Positions 24,746-38,170 of a stretch of DNA of 64,000 nucleotides are shown in pieces. Origin of the DNA: Sphyrna mokarran (Eukaryota). Where the stretch lies: NCBI GenBank assembly GCA_024679065.1, contig JAGIQG010000013.1, positions 42,656,001 through 42,720,000 of the forward strand. Direction: 5' to 3'. Numbering within the stretch: the stretch's first letter is position 1; every line of letters begins with the position of its first letter. The notes under the pieces are model-generated. The model searched no databases and was not told the origin of the DNA. It saw nothing but the letters and a program-made list of their open reading frames with translations. Position numbers and translations under genes: made by a program.

Positions 24746-27009
24746 TGTTGCAATAAGGTTCATGCCATCCTCCTTTTAAGATGTTCCTCAATGGCTGATG
24801 ACTTGACCACATTTTTGGTCTCCTGTTCAAATATCACTTCCTGGGATTCAGGATCAAATACCATTTGGTTACACTTTTGTGAAGTGCTTTGGGACAGTAT
24901 ACTACATGAAAGTTGCCAAACAAATGTAAGTATTCACTGCAGGTAATGGTGATGCTGGCAGCAATGCCACAGGAGGAAAATATTGTTTGAATTATTGTTC
25001 CAGAGACACCTTTAAACAGAGATACTGAGTAAATTGTTTTTGTATTGTGAGGTACTGAGCAATATGTTTCTACAGCTGCGTGAATGAGGAATACTATTGA
25101 CAAGATAAAATTACTTTGGAATTAGATTACACTGCACCCATTCTAAAAAGTGTAAAAGGATCCGATATGGCAAGTAACACATATTTGTTTATTCCGTGCC
25201 GGAAGTACACTGCCTGCCATATTACTTAGGCTTCCTTCATAAAACTGCACACGGATTGAGCATTGGATCATCAGATATGCAAATCAGGGGGTTAATGTTT
25301 GCTGTCAATGACTGTGTCACTTAACGATATCAGCAGAAGCTGAGTGCTAAAATTAGTAGAAAAGCAAGAGATAAGTTGAAACAATCAATTTATTTCCTGC
25401 TCACTGATATGCCTGTTTTCAACAGAGAACAAAGCAAGTAAAAATAATTTTTAATATTTCAGATCAGATTTCAGGAAAAGTTGTTGCTCTTTTACACTAA
25501 GCTGAGGTTAATTCAAATCTAGAGCCCTTCAGCTCCTGGCTTGTGCTACAATTCTTACGTTAATTGATTTAAAGCTGTTGTTGATAAAGCAAGATCATTC
25601 AGAAGGAGTAGATATTTCCACCAGCATTGGGGCTTTAGACCTACCAACTATCACTGGGAATTTTAAACAAGTGTGCTGTGCCCTTTGCTACTATAAACAG
25701 ATGTGCAGGAAGCTTTTGAGAAGTCTCAGTATGCTAGTCAACTGAATGTCTCATCTTCCTGGATGACAACTCAAAATAACAAGTTGCACCTTCTGAAATA
25801 AGTATAACATCCAAATGGAAACATAAAGAAGGCCAGAGCTAACCAGGAAAATAACTTACATTTTTGCAACTTGAATTGTAGTTTTGTTTTTGTTTCTAAT
25901 TCTGAAACTCAAGCTATTTTTAGATGCTTAAAAGGAAACCTTTTGGTTGAATGCCAATGATTAATAAAGAAATCTTTCAAGATCTGGAAATGCCCATATC
26001 ACTGAAACCAGATGCAAGGGTTTACTGCCCTGCTTTATTGCTTAGGTTTTCCTGCTTATTGGAGCTCGATTAATGTCCACGGTGATTGCTTGCTTCATAA
26101 AGGCTGTCAATGAATTTCAGAAGCACAAAATGAACATTCTTTAATATCAATCCTTACTGGCCAGATTTCCATTTGTGCAGTGAACAAATTCACTCTGTTT
26201 AAAACCAAGGTAATTAGCCTTTCTATTCATTGTTGCTAAAAAACCCCCCCCCAGAAAATAGCAAGATTAACAACATTGTTTATAAAAAAAAAAAAACATC
26301 TTATACCTCCATACCTCTAGTCCTGATCTTTGGACAAGACATTGCACTAAAAGTACCTGGATGAGCTTTCATTTAGATTACTTGCCATTTATAGATTTGT
26401 TTTCTTTGATTCTGGTCATTTTGTTCTTAAGTGCACAGTTCATGTGGAAAAAAAAATCAATTTCCATTAAGCTCTTTGTGTGTTCAAATCCTGGTATTTA
26501 TATGGTACCGAATTTCATATTGTATAATGTAACTCTTACTGTAACCTGAAATGAAGCAAAATGCCAGTTTTCCACATTTAAAGATGAAACAATTATGTGC
26601 AAAGCAGCTCTGACCAATGAAGCATTTCATTTAATTTTCAAAGACAATCTGTAACTAGCAATAATAGTAGAGCATGCCACAGTGGATGCATATACTGACA
26701 TCAGCATTTCACACCATATTGCCATGCAGCAGTGAGATGAGTGGCACTTTCCGCTAACAGATTGTTGCCAATCTACTTAGCATGCAATTGAGCAATGCCA
26801 TGTATGAATTTCAGTGCTGGTGTCATGTCAGTTACTTAGGTTGCACATCCTAACAATTAACTTTATTGAATCAAGCAACACGTTCCTCCGAATGTTCATA
26901 ATAAGCAGAGTGCAGAGCTTGATGTAACCGATCCACCACACTTGCAAAACCCAAAATAACACACCTTGTTTTACATGTGATTTAACAATTGGGCATCACT
27001 TGTCAAACA

Positions 27010-27700
27010 ATCCTGAGTGGGATTTTAGCTGGTCTAACATGATGGGTGATATTAAGACTTTGGAAAGTGTGTGGAGGAAGGGCACTAGACTAATCCTAAT
27101 ACAAAGAATCATGGCTACCATGATAGGCTAAAATAATTGAAATTCTACGTGTTAGAGAGGCACAGATATGGGAGGGATCTGATGAAGGTGATGATGGAAA
27201 TAGATTGTGTTCCAGATGATAGTTTGCTCCAATGTGATAAGTTGGAGAAGACCACAGGTCATAATTTTATGTTACATAAGGCTACAATTAGGTTAGACCT
27301 CAGGAGATGGTTCTTTTCCCAGTAATTAAAGCAACATTGGGACAGATGACCATCTCCTCAAGTGGACACTGATTTGCAGAATTCCTTCAAGCAAGAGCTT
27401 GGCCTGTTTCTAACTTGTAGTCAGTCTGAACTTGGGTGAACATCATTTCTTGTACAAGATAGATTCTGTGGGGGATTCATTATCTAATGATCTCCTAACC
27501 CAGTTTAATTGTCGATATGGATCAGAGAGGAATTACACTGACCTCTTCCTTCAAAATTGGCCTAAGTTTTTCATCAGCTTTTCTGTCTCCAAGATCACAT
27601 GGTTTGTGGTCGGCATGGAGAACTATCAATGACATGCAAGTTATCACAATGGTATTGGGACAGGCTGGATGGACCAGAGGATTTTTATCTGTCCTTTATT
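27010..27700 (+). mobile_element. Old CR1-group LINE 3' fragment
   Basis: Decayed LESVWRK...KFYVLERHRYGRDLMK...TGHNF...RLDLRRWFFSQ, matching the CR1 ORF2 C-terminus. Confidence 0.7.
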
Positions 27701-28418
27701 GTTCTTATTTTCATAAGATCCTGTTTACTGATCACTAGTTTTTCCCAACTAGGGGATTTCCCAGCCACATCCAAGAATTCCATAGTTGCAAGCAAGATCT
27801 GCAATCTATTCATCAGTTGGAAGATATGTGATATTATTTTCCAATTGACTTCATTTGCACCAGCCACCAATATTCATATAGGAAGACAGCTGAATTCATT
27901 CCATCATTCACCTGTCTGACAGCACCTTATCATTAAAAAATATCTCTGGATAAAGTAGATTTTCACCAATTGAAGATTGTCTGCTTAACTTTGTGTAAGT
28001 ACAAAAGGAACGAAGGCTGCAGATGAGAACTGAGATAGGCTGTCCAAGATCTTTTCTACTCAATAATGAAAGTGGAGAACTGTTTCTATGGGATTAGGTT
28101 AATTCATTACAAAAGAATTTTATTGGGAAACGAAACAGGAAAACAAAGTGATCAATATGAATTCCCAGCAAGCAGTGAATGGAGTGTCAGATAAGAGAAT
28201 ACCATTCACAATGGTGAATGCTAGTTTGAAGGTAGCAACTTGAGTAGTTGCACTAAACTCTCGACTTGATAGGTGCCCAAATCATTAAAGTCAACATTCA
28301 TTCCTCCCACCACCAATATGCTGTGTTTGCAGTGTGAACTATCTGTGGGATGCAGTGCAATCACAATAAGAAATCTGACAACACCAGGTTAAGTCCAGCC
28401 GATTTATTTGATAGTAAA

Positions 28419-28456
28419 CTCACAAGCTTTCGGGGTTTGTCCCTTCGTCAGGTGAA
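28419..28456 (-). ncRNA. Minimal hammerhead ribozyme motif
   Basis: Reverse complement: ttcac CTGACGA a ggg acaaac ccc GAAA GC TT gtgag. Confidence 0.78.
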
Positions 28457-30827
28457 TGGAAAGTTCTATCCTCAGACAGAGCGTATAACAGCACAGATAG
28501 TTTACAGATTACTGATTAGAATGTTACTCTTTACCAAAATGGATCCCATCAGTCCCACAGCAGACACAGAGGAATTCATCAGGCGAATAAGGCTGTGTGA
28601 GTTCTTCCACAAACCCCAAGAGGCCAAAAGCAAGCACAATGAGACAGCCAATGAACCAGAACAGCCAACAGAGAGATCCACAGTGAGCAACTGAAGAGGA
28701 AGGAATCCAATTTGACTCCTCTGGAAGGCCACTGCCCTTGACTGGACATGTATGCCCAAACCATCAGGAGGTGCGTTAACACCAGATTCGTCAGCTGCAC
28801 TCACAAGACAGCCCCGAACATCACCCAAGCACAATGCAACGCCATTCACGCTCTCAAGACCAATCACAACTTTGTCATCAAACCAGCAGACAAAGGAGGG
28901 GCCATCGTTATACTGAATAGAATGGATTACTGCAAAGAAGTGTATTGACAACTAAACAATGAAGAACTCTACAGACAGTTACCCCAGATCCAACCAAAGA
29001 TCACACTCGTCAACTCAGCACTCTGATCAAGACCTCTGATCTGGACCTTCAGAGCACCTCTCTGCTCTCGTTCCACGTACTCCCAACGTTGGAGATCTCT
29101 ACTGCTTCCCAAAGATACAATGGGACAGCTGGATGTGTTTCCCTTGTGTATCGGACAACGTGACCCTATATGACAACCTCTCCGGCTATGTCGACAGCAT
29201 CCTGAAATCCATTGCACAAGGAACTCCCCAGCTTTTGTTGACACCAAGGACTTCCTATGGAAACTCAGCACACATGGAGCAATTGAACCAGGGACACTTC
29301 TCATCACAATGAATGTCTTGGTGCTCTACACCAACATCCCCATGACAATAGCATTGCTGCAACTGTTTCAGTACTCAACGCCGACAGCTGCTAATTTCCA
29401 AATGCAACTTTACAACTCATCTGCTTTATCCTGGACCACAATGTTTTCACCTTCAACAACCAGTTTTTCATCCAAACACACAGAACAGCTATGGGGACCA
29501 AATTCGCACATCAATATGCCAACACCTTCTTGCACAATTTCAAACAAGACATCTTCACCGCACAGGACCTTCAACTGATGCTATATACTAGATACATCGA
29601 TGACATTTTCTTCCTTTGGATTCATGAATCCAATCACTGAAACAACTATATGACAATATCAACAAGTTCCTTCCCACCATCAGAGTCACCATGGACTATT
29701 CTCCAGAATCAGTTGCATTCTTGGACGCATGCATCTCCGTCAAGGACGGTCACATCATCAGCACCTCACTGTACCACAAGCCCACAGACAACCTCACAAT
29801 GCTCCACTTCTCCAGCTTCCATCCTAAACACGTTAAAGAAGCCATCCCTTAGGGACAAACACTCCGTATACACAGCATCTGCTCAGATGAGGAGGATTGT
29901 GACACCTCCAGACGCTGAAAGATGCCCTCATAGATCAACAGTTCTGATGTGCCACAGCGAGAAACCGCACCAACCTCCTCAGAAGACAAACGTGGGACAT
30001 AGACAGAGTACCCTTCATCATCCAGTACTTCCTTGGAGCAGAGAAGCCAAGACTCCATCTTCTCTGGAGTCTTCAATGTATCATTGATGAAAACGAACAT
30101 CTCGCCAGGGCCATCCCCACGTACCTACTTGCTTTCAGACAACCGCACAACCTCAAACAGACTATTGTTCGCAGCAAACTACCCAGCTTTCAGGAGAACA
30201 GTGACCACAACATCACACAACCCTGCCACAGCAACCTCTGCAAGACATGCTGGATCATTGACATAGATGACATCATCACATGTGAGAATAGCATCCACCA
30301 GGTACACAGTACATACCCTTGCAACTTGATCAACATTATCTACCTAATGTGCTGCAGGAAAGGATGTCCCGAAGCATGGTACACTGGGAGGACCATGCCG
30401 ACACTATGACAATGGATGAATGAACATTGCTTGACAATCACCAGGCAAGACTGCTCCCTTCCTGTTGGCGAACACTTCAGCGGGCACAGGCATTCGGCCC
30501 CTGACCTTTGGGTAAGCATTCTCCAAGGGTGCCTTCACGACACACGACAGTGCAGAGACTGATAGCAAAGTTCCGCACACATGAGGACAGTCTCAACAGG
30601 GATTTTGGGTTCATGTCGCACTATCTGTAACCCGCATGACTTGCCTTGGTTTGCTAAACCGCACTTACTGTACTGTCTGAAGACAATACACATCTCTTTA
30701 ACCTGTGCTTAATGCTCTTTCCACTCACATTGTCGGCCTCTTTAAGTTTTGAATAACAGGTTAGTTGTAAAGACTCCCGTTTTAATCAGTAATCTGTAAA
30801 CTGTCTGTCCGAGGCCAGAACTCTTCA

Positions 30828-30864
30828 CTCACCTGATGAAGGGAGAAACCCCAAAAACTTGAGT
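30828..30864 (+). ncRNA. Degenerate hammerhead motif (GAAA changed to AAAA, probably inactive)
   Basis: ctcac CTGATGA a ggg agaaac ccc AAAA ACTT gag, at the position homologous to the other copies. Confidence 0.55.
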
Positions 30865-30985
30865 TTACTATCAAATAAATTGGTTGGACTTAACCTGGTG
30901 TTGTCAGATTTCTTACTGTGTTTATCCCAGGCAAACGCTGGTATCTCCACATCATGCAGTGCATCAGCATGGCTACTTAGACAGT

Positions 30986-31112
30986 GGATGGGATTTTTTG
31001 GCCGCGTTTGCCCAAGGCTGGAAATTCCCACCGAGAATCAACAAACGTTTTTGCATTTTGCTGCTCCACCTGCTACAATTCCTGTGGTAGGTGGAATGGT
31101 AAAATTCCAGTC
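30986..31112. mobile_element. Harbinger-type MITE
   Basis: Imperfect TIRs ggatgggatttt and aaaattccagtc; internal similarity to 42443-42591 and 56403-56530. Confidence 0.55.
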
Positions 31113-31882
31113 ATTATGTCTGAGGCCCATAACTTCTGTTACCAATGAGGAAAGCTTCAAGATGAAATGAACACCAAGTTCTGCTTGAATCATACATCAT
31201 CCTGATTTGCTTCCACAGTTCTTTTCCTATACTGTCACTGGATTACATTTCCAACATTCCTTCCTAACACTGCGGCAGCATCATCCCCATGAGGATTGAA
31301 GCAGATCAAGAAATCATGTCGTGAGACAACTAGACTTTGGCAATAACAAAGAGATGTTAAGAACATCAATGAGAGAGGACAGGATGAGTGTGGAGAGCAT
31401 GACTTGGAGGTACTTCTCCTGATCTCAACAAAGTGGGTACAGTCTGGGAGGTTCCACATTAACGTAAAACATACAAGGAGACATACCATTCCATTCATCT
31501 CTAAAAGTGTCTGCCAGAAGATGACAACGTGTGTGCCATTATGCTTAAAAAAAAGGAAGGGCTAATTGGCCTCATTAAAAAGAAGATCCATTTCATGGAA
31601 ATACTAGAATATTCTTTGTTGGCCCAAGCTTATAGCCACCAAAATTCAGTAAATTACACTAAATTTGGTGTTATAGGTTTTCAGTTTAAACTGGTAATCC
31701 TTTGATATTAGGAGCCAGCTTAATCACAAATAAATGCTCTGACCTGAGCAAGGAGGCCTGTTAAGACATAGGTAACCACCCACATCCCAGAAATTGGATG
31801 TGGGGACTTTCAATATAACCAAACATTAAACTGAGATCTCATCCACATGTTCACATGGACATAAAGGACTCAGTGGCACCCT

Positions 31883-32018
31883 GGCTGGAATTCTCTGATC
31901 CTGCCAGTAGCTGAGATTCTCCAGTCCTGCTGCAGTGAATGGAGTATTGGCTGAGCACCAAATTCTCGATTCTCGCTAGCACTGGTGCTGGGGCAAATGA
32001 GATCTGAGAATCCCAGCC
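31883..32018. mobile_element. Harbinger-type MITE
   Basis: TIRs ggctggaattctc and gagaatcccagcc (12/13 match). Confidence 0.7.
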
Positions 32019-32109
32019 TATATTTGAAGAAACATAGGACAGTTATCACTGGTGTCTGGGTCCATATTTATCCTGCAATTAAAGTCACAAAAATGGAATA
32101 TCAGATCAG

Positions 32110-32390
32110 ATTAGTCACAAATAGGCTTACATTAATCATGCAATGAAGGTATTGGAAAATCCCCCAGTTGTCACATTCCAGCACATGCTCAGGTACACTG
32201 AAGGAGAATTTACCATGCCCAGTGCACATAACCAACACATCCTTCAGACTGTGGAAGGAAACTGGAGCTTCCGCAGGAAACCCATGCAAACAAAGGGAAA
32301 ATGTGCAAACTCCACACACACTGATTCAAGCTAGGAATTGAACTCGGGGCCCTGACACTGTGAGGTAGCATTACTAATCATTGTGCCAAG
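32110..32390 (-). mobile_element. tRNA-derived V-SINE-like SINE
   Basis: aatgtgcaaactccacacaca core; same tail as the 1535-1795 and 37900-38170 copies. Confidence 0.85.
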
Positions 32391-34371
32391 ATCATATGCT
32401 GTTTATGGGATTTTGCTATACGTGAATTAGTTGCTATTTCCTATGTTAAAACAGTGGCTATCTCAAAAGTACTTAAGTGGCTATAAAGTGCTTTGCAACG
32501 TGCTTATGGTCATGAAAGGCACTATATAATAATATATGAATGAAATTTATTTCTTTCTTAAGCCAGTGCACAAGTTAGGTGCCAATATTTGGAAAGACAC
32601 CTTAAGTTAAAAGAAAATATATTGAGGATCCAATGCTTTCCATCCCTGCTATTTCTCATGACTTCAGGTCTCTCCTCCCCCACATTCACATAACACCAGG
32701 AAGTTGCTTGGTGCACAATAGGGAAACAGCAGCCTACCGCTGCCAAGTAACCTTATGGTATGGGAAGGTCAACTCTTTCATGTGTAGACATGCAGAGCGC
32801 TTAAGCAGTGCAGGTACTGGTAATGCTGTATGGGGCCAAGCCTATTGGTCGTGTGTTGTATTAGTCGATGAAACTGACTAAAGGTCAATGCTATTCTCTG
32901 TCCGGGAAGAAATAACAATTTGTAATCAAGGGAGAAAATGCTAGTTTGACCTTTAAGTGTAAAGGGCATTGGTGGAGAAGCTCATACAATAATATAAACC
33001 TTGTTGTTGTTCAGAGGTCTCTTGTTTGTCTGGTTTGACATGGTACACATAATTATGACTAAGATAGTGCAGGTCAGTTGTGAATACACAAACCATTCTC
33101 TCTCAAAATGACCCTTGCCCTGCAAACTTTAAAATGTTCATATGAGGTATTGCTAGGAGGAACTTAATGCACAAGTTCTTTTTTCCCCTATCTCTGTATA
33201 TACTGAAGGTATTATTTTGGGATTGTAATGGGTCACTAAAGCTTTAAAAAATGAACTTTAATTTCAAACTCAGAAAAAAATGAGTCAAGCAACTGATTGC
33301 TCTGATACACATATTGGTCATTTTTCTGATCAAGCCATTCAAATATTATTATGCTACAAAATCAGAAATTGTAATTCAATCTGCTTTCTATTAATGCATT
33401 TTCTAAGGAAGTCGTCTGAAGGCTTTTTAGACAATGTTGAAATAAGATCTGGATTTTGGATTTAGTGTCAAATATTTCCTGGCTCTGTTGATAAACAGAG
33501 GACAATGGATTTAATCCATTTTATCAGATGATAGTGCAACCCTGAAGTGGGATGGGTAAGGCTTCAGCTTTCACTGATTCATGAAGGTCAAGCATTTATA
33601 GACTGGGTCACTGAATTTCAGCAGTTGGTGCAAGAAAATATATTTTCTATCAGATGAGTTGTAATCTGAGCAAAGCTGGCTCAATGAAAACTTTACCTTC
33701 AGAGCATTTTCAAAGGGTTTAATTTTGTTTAACTCTTTAACGAAAATAGATTTCCTACAAAATGCACTTTCTCATCTGTGGATAGTAAAGCTGTCTGTTG
33801 TGCTTCAATTCCTACAAATCTTATATCAGGAATGGTACGGTTTCCATGTGGACTCAAGAATGCAGTTCAAACTGCATTTTATTCCTCTATCACTGTAATT
33901 CGATTAGCATTACTGTCGTTCCATAGGTTTGAATCATGGAAGTCACATCACTTTCTATTTGGTGTAAACCTCTAATGAAGCTAGACCACATTAATTTCCT
34001 GTAGACATGGGCTTATAGCAGCAATAGTAATCTGTATTTATACTATGTGCTTAACATTGCAAAGCAACTCTAGACATTCCAGAGTATATAATCAGACAAA
34101 AATTAACACTGAAATTGTGAAAAAATCTTTGATGGGGAAATTAAAAACTTGGAGAAACAGTTGGGGCTGTAAGGAGGTTCTTAAAGTATAAGAGGAAGGT
34201 GGAAAGACAGACAAGTTTGAGGAGGATATTCAACAACATAGATTCTAGACGAAAGAAAGTTTTGATGAGACAAAAGGATTGGGCGATACAGGAAAGACTA
34301 GAGATTTAAAAAATATAGTTCTAGGAGTGTTGTAAAGCTGGAAATGGTTACTAATATAGGGAAAGGCATGA

Positions 34372-35343
34372 TGTCATGATCTGGTTAGGGGTTAAATCTT
34401 TTGTTTTAAAGTAAGTTAAACTAGAATTTCACAGGCATTTACTTAGAGAATGAGTCATAGGATACCATGGTTTTAAATAAACAGGATTTGTTACTATATA
34501 AGAGTCAACAAAGCTAACAGTTGAAACTAACTATTCTATAATCTAACATTCAGAATTAAATGAGGCAAATATGAATTAATGGCAAACTATAGTATAATAC
34601 AAACCAAACATTTCATACCAAATGGCAAACACAACCAAGATAAATCCCATGAATTTTTTTATAAATCTACCCAGATATCAGTGTTCAATGTGGGTCACAA
34701 AGGCCATCTATTCTGACTTTGTCACAAGAGATTTCAACTCTTCTCCTTCAAGGATCTAGCCTTTGATTTCATTTCAACAATAGTTCAGACTCAGCTTGGA
34801 GGTCCCCTTGCTAATGAGACAACAGGATTCTGACTCACGTTGACCCAGCAACTGTTTGCTGCCCAGCCACTCAATCTTTTCACCTTGAGACTGTGTCACA
34901 CTGGCTTTACAAGCTTGCACCCAGCATCTAATCAGCAGCACAATCCCAGATCTCTAGCTGTGTTGAGCAGCCAACCACTTCTCACAGGCTTTCCTTTACC
35001 CAATTTCATTGATTAGACAATCACTACTCCCATGCTCCTCTGAGTCCCAGTTCTGAGCTGTATGAAGCAATTGACTTTTGCAGTGCGATCTTGAGTTGGT
35101 TTATGTGCCAAAATTCCAGTCACCTGAGCAATATTTTATGCTACATATCCCACATGGGTATACAGTTGCCTATGGCTAAGTGCTTAAAGCAGAAGTAAAA
35201 TAAACCTGGAAATGGGGTTTATGATGCTTGTTACCCTACTGTGCACTGTGTTTGCAGTGGAGCTCCATCATTCTTCAACCAGGACCTGACTTCCACCCAA
35301 AAAAAAAGGCAGAAACAATTTAAAATAGATATATTCCTTCACA
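34372..35343 (-). mobile_element. Solo LTR
   Basis: TGTCATGA...TCACA termini with a 4 bp TSD atga at 34368-34371 and 35344-35347; orientation inferred from the terminus shared with 36789-37823. Confidence 0.7.
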
Positions 35344-36788
35344 ATGATCATAAAAGGATTTAAAACCAGGTTGTGAATTTTACATCTGAAGTCTTGAAAT
35401 ACCAGGGACAATGAGTATAGAGGTGATGGATGAGAAATCCAGGGTTAGATTGGGTAAATGCCTAAATATCTTAAATAAGCTGAAGAGACAGGGAATAGAA
35501 GTGCCACCAGGAGAGTACCAGAATTGTGTCTGGAGATGATAGTGATATGGTTTAGGGTTTTACCCTCAGATGAGATGAGGCAGGCCAAAAGTTGAGGTAA
35601 ATGTTTGCTTAGGAGAAGATTTAGAATTGGAAGCTGAGCTTGGAACACAAAAGAAAACTGGTCTTATTCAACATAGATGTGTATTAACTTGCCAGGCTTG
35701 CTGGCTGAAGCCTTAGGACAAGTAACCTGACAAACATTAAAAGGAAATTAGAGATAAAATGCTGGGTAAAACATTAATATTCCTGTTGCAAAACCCAAAG
35801 TATAAAAAAAATCTAATTCAAAATTATTTAGCCTGAAAATGCTCCTTGCCCTCTATGTCTTCCCAGAGACCGACATGCATGAAACACTTAACTGTATATT
35901 TTTATTCATAATTCCAGTAGACTTGAATCTTGTCCACACAGTTTTGTCACTTCCATAGGAGTTTATGATTGATGCCTGCTAGATAATGTAACTATGAGTA
36001 AACTACATGTGCTACTTTAGTGTAGAATACATTAGTGTAGAATAAAAAAAAATGCAGCAGAAGATGGATGAATGAAGTCATACAAAATTGATCCTAATTA
36101 TCAGTAACAAGAATATAATATCTGATAATATCCACCATTGACGAAGGCAAGGAATAGATCAAAGCCCAATATGTCTCCTGAAGGGATCCCTATGGCTGTA
36201 TTATGAAATACTCACTGTGAACCAATATTTGCATTCACTGGGGAATTCATGATTCCAATTCAATAGCACATCAGTGACAAAATTACCCACTTCTGCATGA
36301 AGCCAAGTCAAGACTGGGAAATATTGAGAGCTTTAAGCTCTCACATTGCATGACTAATGCCAATCAATGCACAAAATGTGAGGTGATACAATTTGGTGGG
36401 AAGAATGAGAAACAACACTACAAGCTCTGTGGTACAAATTTTAAACACATGCAAGAACAGAGAGGTCTGTGGGTGTTTGTGCATAAATCTTTGAAGGTGG
36501 CAACCAGATTAACACAGCAGGAAATAAAGCTGGATTTTATAAACAGAAGTATAAGATACAAAAACAAAGTTACACAAAGCAATATAAAATACCAGTTTGG
36601 CACCTACTGGACAATCATGTTCAGTTTTAGCCATCTTACCTGAGGAAGGGCACAAAGATTTACCAGAATGGTTCCAGGGATGAGAGGGTACAATTATATG
36701 AATAGATTGCAAAAGTTGTGTTTTTTCTCCTTTTTAAAGGAGAGGGGCATAAAGGAAATTTGATAGATGTGTCTAAAATAATGAATGG

Positions 36789-37823
36789 TGCCATAATGAT
36801 GGAGCTATATACGGACATACAAACCAAAGTAGGCTGCGATATAAATTCTGAGAATGTAATCTTAATCACTGTCTGAATTGGTGCAATATAGTTGATACTG
36901 AGAGAGAGAGAAACAATGGAGTATCAGACTTGTTTCAGACAAATATTTAAAAGGAGGAAGTCATGCAATTGTGAACTGCCACCTCCTGTGGAGATAATGG
37001 AAGCTGATTATTATCTCAGCAGGAATTATATCTTGTAGATTATGTCCTAGACTGGTTTTGTGTATTCTTGTCTTCCAGGAATATACTAGTGACAGTAGTA
37101 AAACTTGTTCACTGTAGACTAGTGCTGGATTTGTCAGAATGTATGATTCAGAAACAAAATGATAGCACAGTCTCTTGCTCTGGCAGGTAAAAATACAAGT
37201 CTCATTTTTTCCCTGATTGCTGAAGCAGGCCAAGTCAGCAAAGCTACAGCTGAAAATGAAGCAGGACAAACTTCTCAGAGAAACTGCAAGGCTCGGGAAT
37301 CTGGAAATTAATTACTCAACTGTTGAAGTCAACACTACTAGAATCACAAATTTCAAATGGCCATAACATTTTAACATCTACTCCTCACAAACAAGTCAAA
37401 GGCTGATTTGTATATTTTTAAAAAATTTATTTTTGAACTCACTTCTCATTGCTAATCTGTGTAAATGTATGTGTGTGTGTTTTATTATATTCCTCCTGTC
37501 TAGTATCTAATACACTCACTCTTTTTTAACCCCAGAAAGTCTGGCTGAATTTGCTCCTTCTAAAACATTAACATATTGGGATTGGATAAAGGTGTCTTCA
37601 AACCTCATAAAAGGAATCCTTTCTTTTTTGAAGCTATCTTGTTGTGACCAAATGAGGGAGCTGAATAAGAAAGGGAGCAAGTTCATCCCTCCTCACCCAG
37701 GGGCTTAACAATTTGGGGTATTCCATCCAGAACTTAACTAATTGGGGTTTGTGCTCAGGTAGATCCCACAGAAGGGATGAAGAGTAATAAATTTGGGGAC
37801 CTCACCTGGAGATTGATCATAAC
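36789..37823 (+). mobile_element. Solo-LTR-like insertion
   Basis: Interrupts the CR1 cleanly; begins tgccataat and ends gatcataac, similar to the gatcatgaca end of 34372-35343; TSD unclear. Confidence 0.6.
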
Positions 37824-37899
37824 GGTTCATATAGACAAAATAAAGAGAAACAATTTCCAATGGCTGAAGATTGATGATCAGAGGGTACAGGTTGAAAGA

Positions 37900-38170
37900 G
37901 GACAGAGTAGCACAGTGGTTAGCACTGCTATCTCACGGCACCAGGGACCTGGGTTCAATTCCTGGCTCAGGTCACTGTCTGTGCGGAGTCTGCACATTCT
38001 CCCATGTCTGTCTGGGTTTCTCCCTCTCAGTCTGAAAGATATGCTGGTTAGGCACATTAGCCATTCAAAATCCTCCCTCAGTGAACCTGAACAGGTACCA
38101 TGAGTGTTGTGACTTGGGGATTTCCACAGCAACTTCATGTAAGCCTACTTGTGACACTAATAAACTTTTA
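37900..38170 (+). mobile_element. Full-length V-SINE-like SINE
   Basis: tagcacagtggttagcactgct (A-box), gggttcaattcc (B-box), core, tail gtaagcctacttgtgacactaataaa. Confidence 0.9.

Larger units (their letters stand above)
28363..30953 (+). mobile_element. Longest Penelope-like (Neptune-type) element: disrupted RT plus GIY-YIG, with an inverted partial pseudo-LTR at about 28363-28530
   Basis: VIKPADKGGAIVILN, YTRYIDDIFFLW, PCHSNLCKTC linker, IIYL..CRKGCPEAWYTG; many frameshifts; atgcagtgca at 28350-28359 and 30954-30963 as TSD. Confidence 0.95.
31790..32540 (+). mobile_element. Deu-domain SINE interrupted by a MITE and a V-SINE
   Basis: Pieces 31790-31880, 32019-32100 and 32390-32540 join into a homologue of 12730-13140. 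Confidence 0.55.

Noticed and set aside
29309-30266. Ser/Thr-rich ORFs as novel proteins
   Set aside because: Off-frame readings of the frameshifted Penelope RT
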